Positions 63,539 through 64,000 of a stretch of DNA of 64,000 nt are shown piece by piece. Numbering within the stretch: the first letter of the stretch is position 1; every line of letters begins with the position of its first letter. The position numbers and the translations under genes are program-made. Under the pieces are notes generated by a model. That model was not told where the DNA came from and did no database searches. It was given only the letters and a program-made list of their open reading frames with translations. The DNA is from Octopus bimaculoides (Eukaryota), in the NCBI RefSeq assembly GCF_001194135.2, contig NC_068987.1, positions 47,654,164 to 47,718,163 of the forward strand, written 5' to 3'.

Positions 63539-63876
63539 CTTTCCAGCCTTATAATTTAAGGTCTAAGGAAGATAACTCTTTTACCTTTTTACTTTTTCCT
63601 TTTTACATTTTAGATTTTGTGTTTTCATCTACCATTTTCCGATTTCTGTTTTTTATCTTTTGCATTTTCTATATGCTGCCTTCTCAGTTTTTTCACATTT
63701 CTCTTATTCAATATTTTTTTTAGTTCGCTACGATATGTGGTTTGTGCCTGAACAATATGTCTGAGATATTTCTCAACATATTAACCTATAGACATGATTT
63801 GTGTCCTTTAAATAAATGATATTTATCTCTCACCAGATGGAGTACTTTTTTTGAATTTTCTATCATGAAATAGTAC

Positions 63877-63924
<48 letters not shown>

Positions 63925-64000
63925 TTCAAGATTGAATATGGTACTAATATTTAGGCACCAGAATATCGTATGGTATGGTATTATACAAAAACCATTCCAA

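Noticed and set aside
1-64000. CRISPR array or prokaryotic defence/operon-type system
   Set aside because: No regularly spaced repeat-spacer array and no long intronless ORFs; the sequence is animal intronic DNA.

Overview
Eukaryotic, AT-rich, microsatellite-dense scaffold segment with six N-gaps. The (AT)n/(CA)n load and the SINE/LINE repertoire look like a cephalopod, probably Octopus; this is an inference. One protein-coding gene is supported: the AP-1 adaptor complex small subunit sigma-1 (AP1S1/2/3 orthologue) on the minus strand. Its five coding exons are 55688-55690 (ATG only), 37318-37496, 33082-33190, 28845-28982 and 7153-7197. Together they give 474 nt, a 157-aa protein ending EETPQGFFEDHGLG, spread over about 48.5 kb. 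A CpG-retaining promoter with a perfect CRE and a CCAAT box lies just upstream. Downstream of the canonical last exon are several phase-0-compatible candidate alternative exons (6358-6390, a 21-nt microexon at 5766-5786, and 2050-2109). The introns and upstream flank are filled with decayed mobile elements. These include a complete Penelope-like insertion (12-bp TSD, inverted pseudo-LTR, degenerate hammerhead ribozyme, tRNA-like module), four RTE LINE copies, CR1/L2-like LINEs, mariner, Tc1 and maT/rosa-type DNA transposons, piggyBac-like and foldback MITEs, Helitron-like ends and several tRNA-derived SINE families. Most ORFs in the supplied track are spurious (microsatellite, low-complexity, antisense or N-spanning). 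No prokaryotic-type system, CRISPR array or intact RNA gene was seen.
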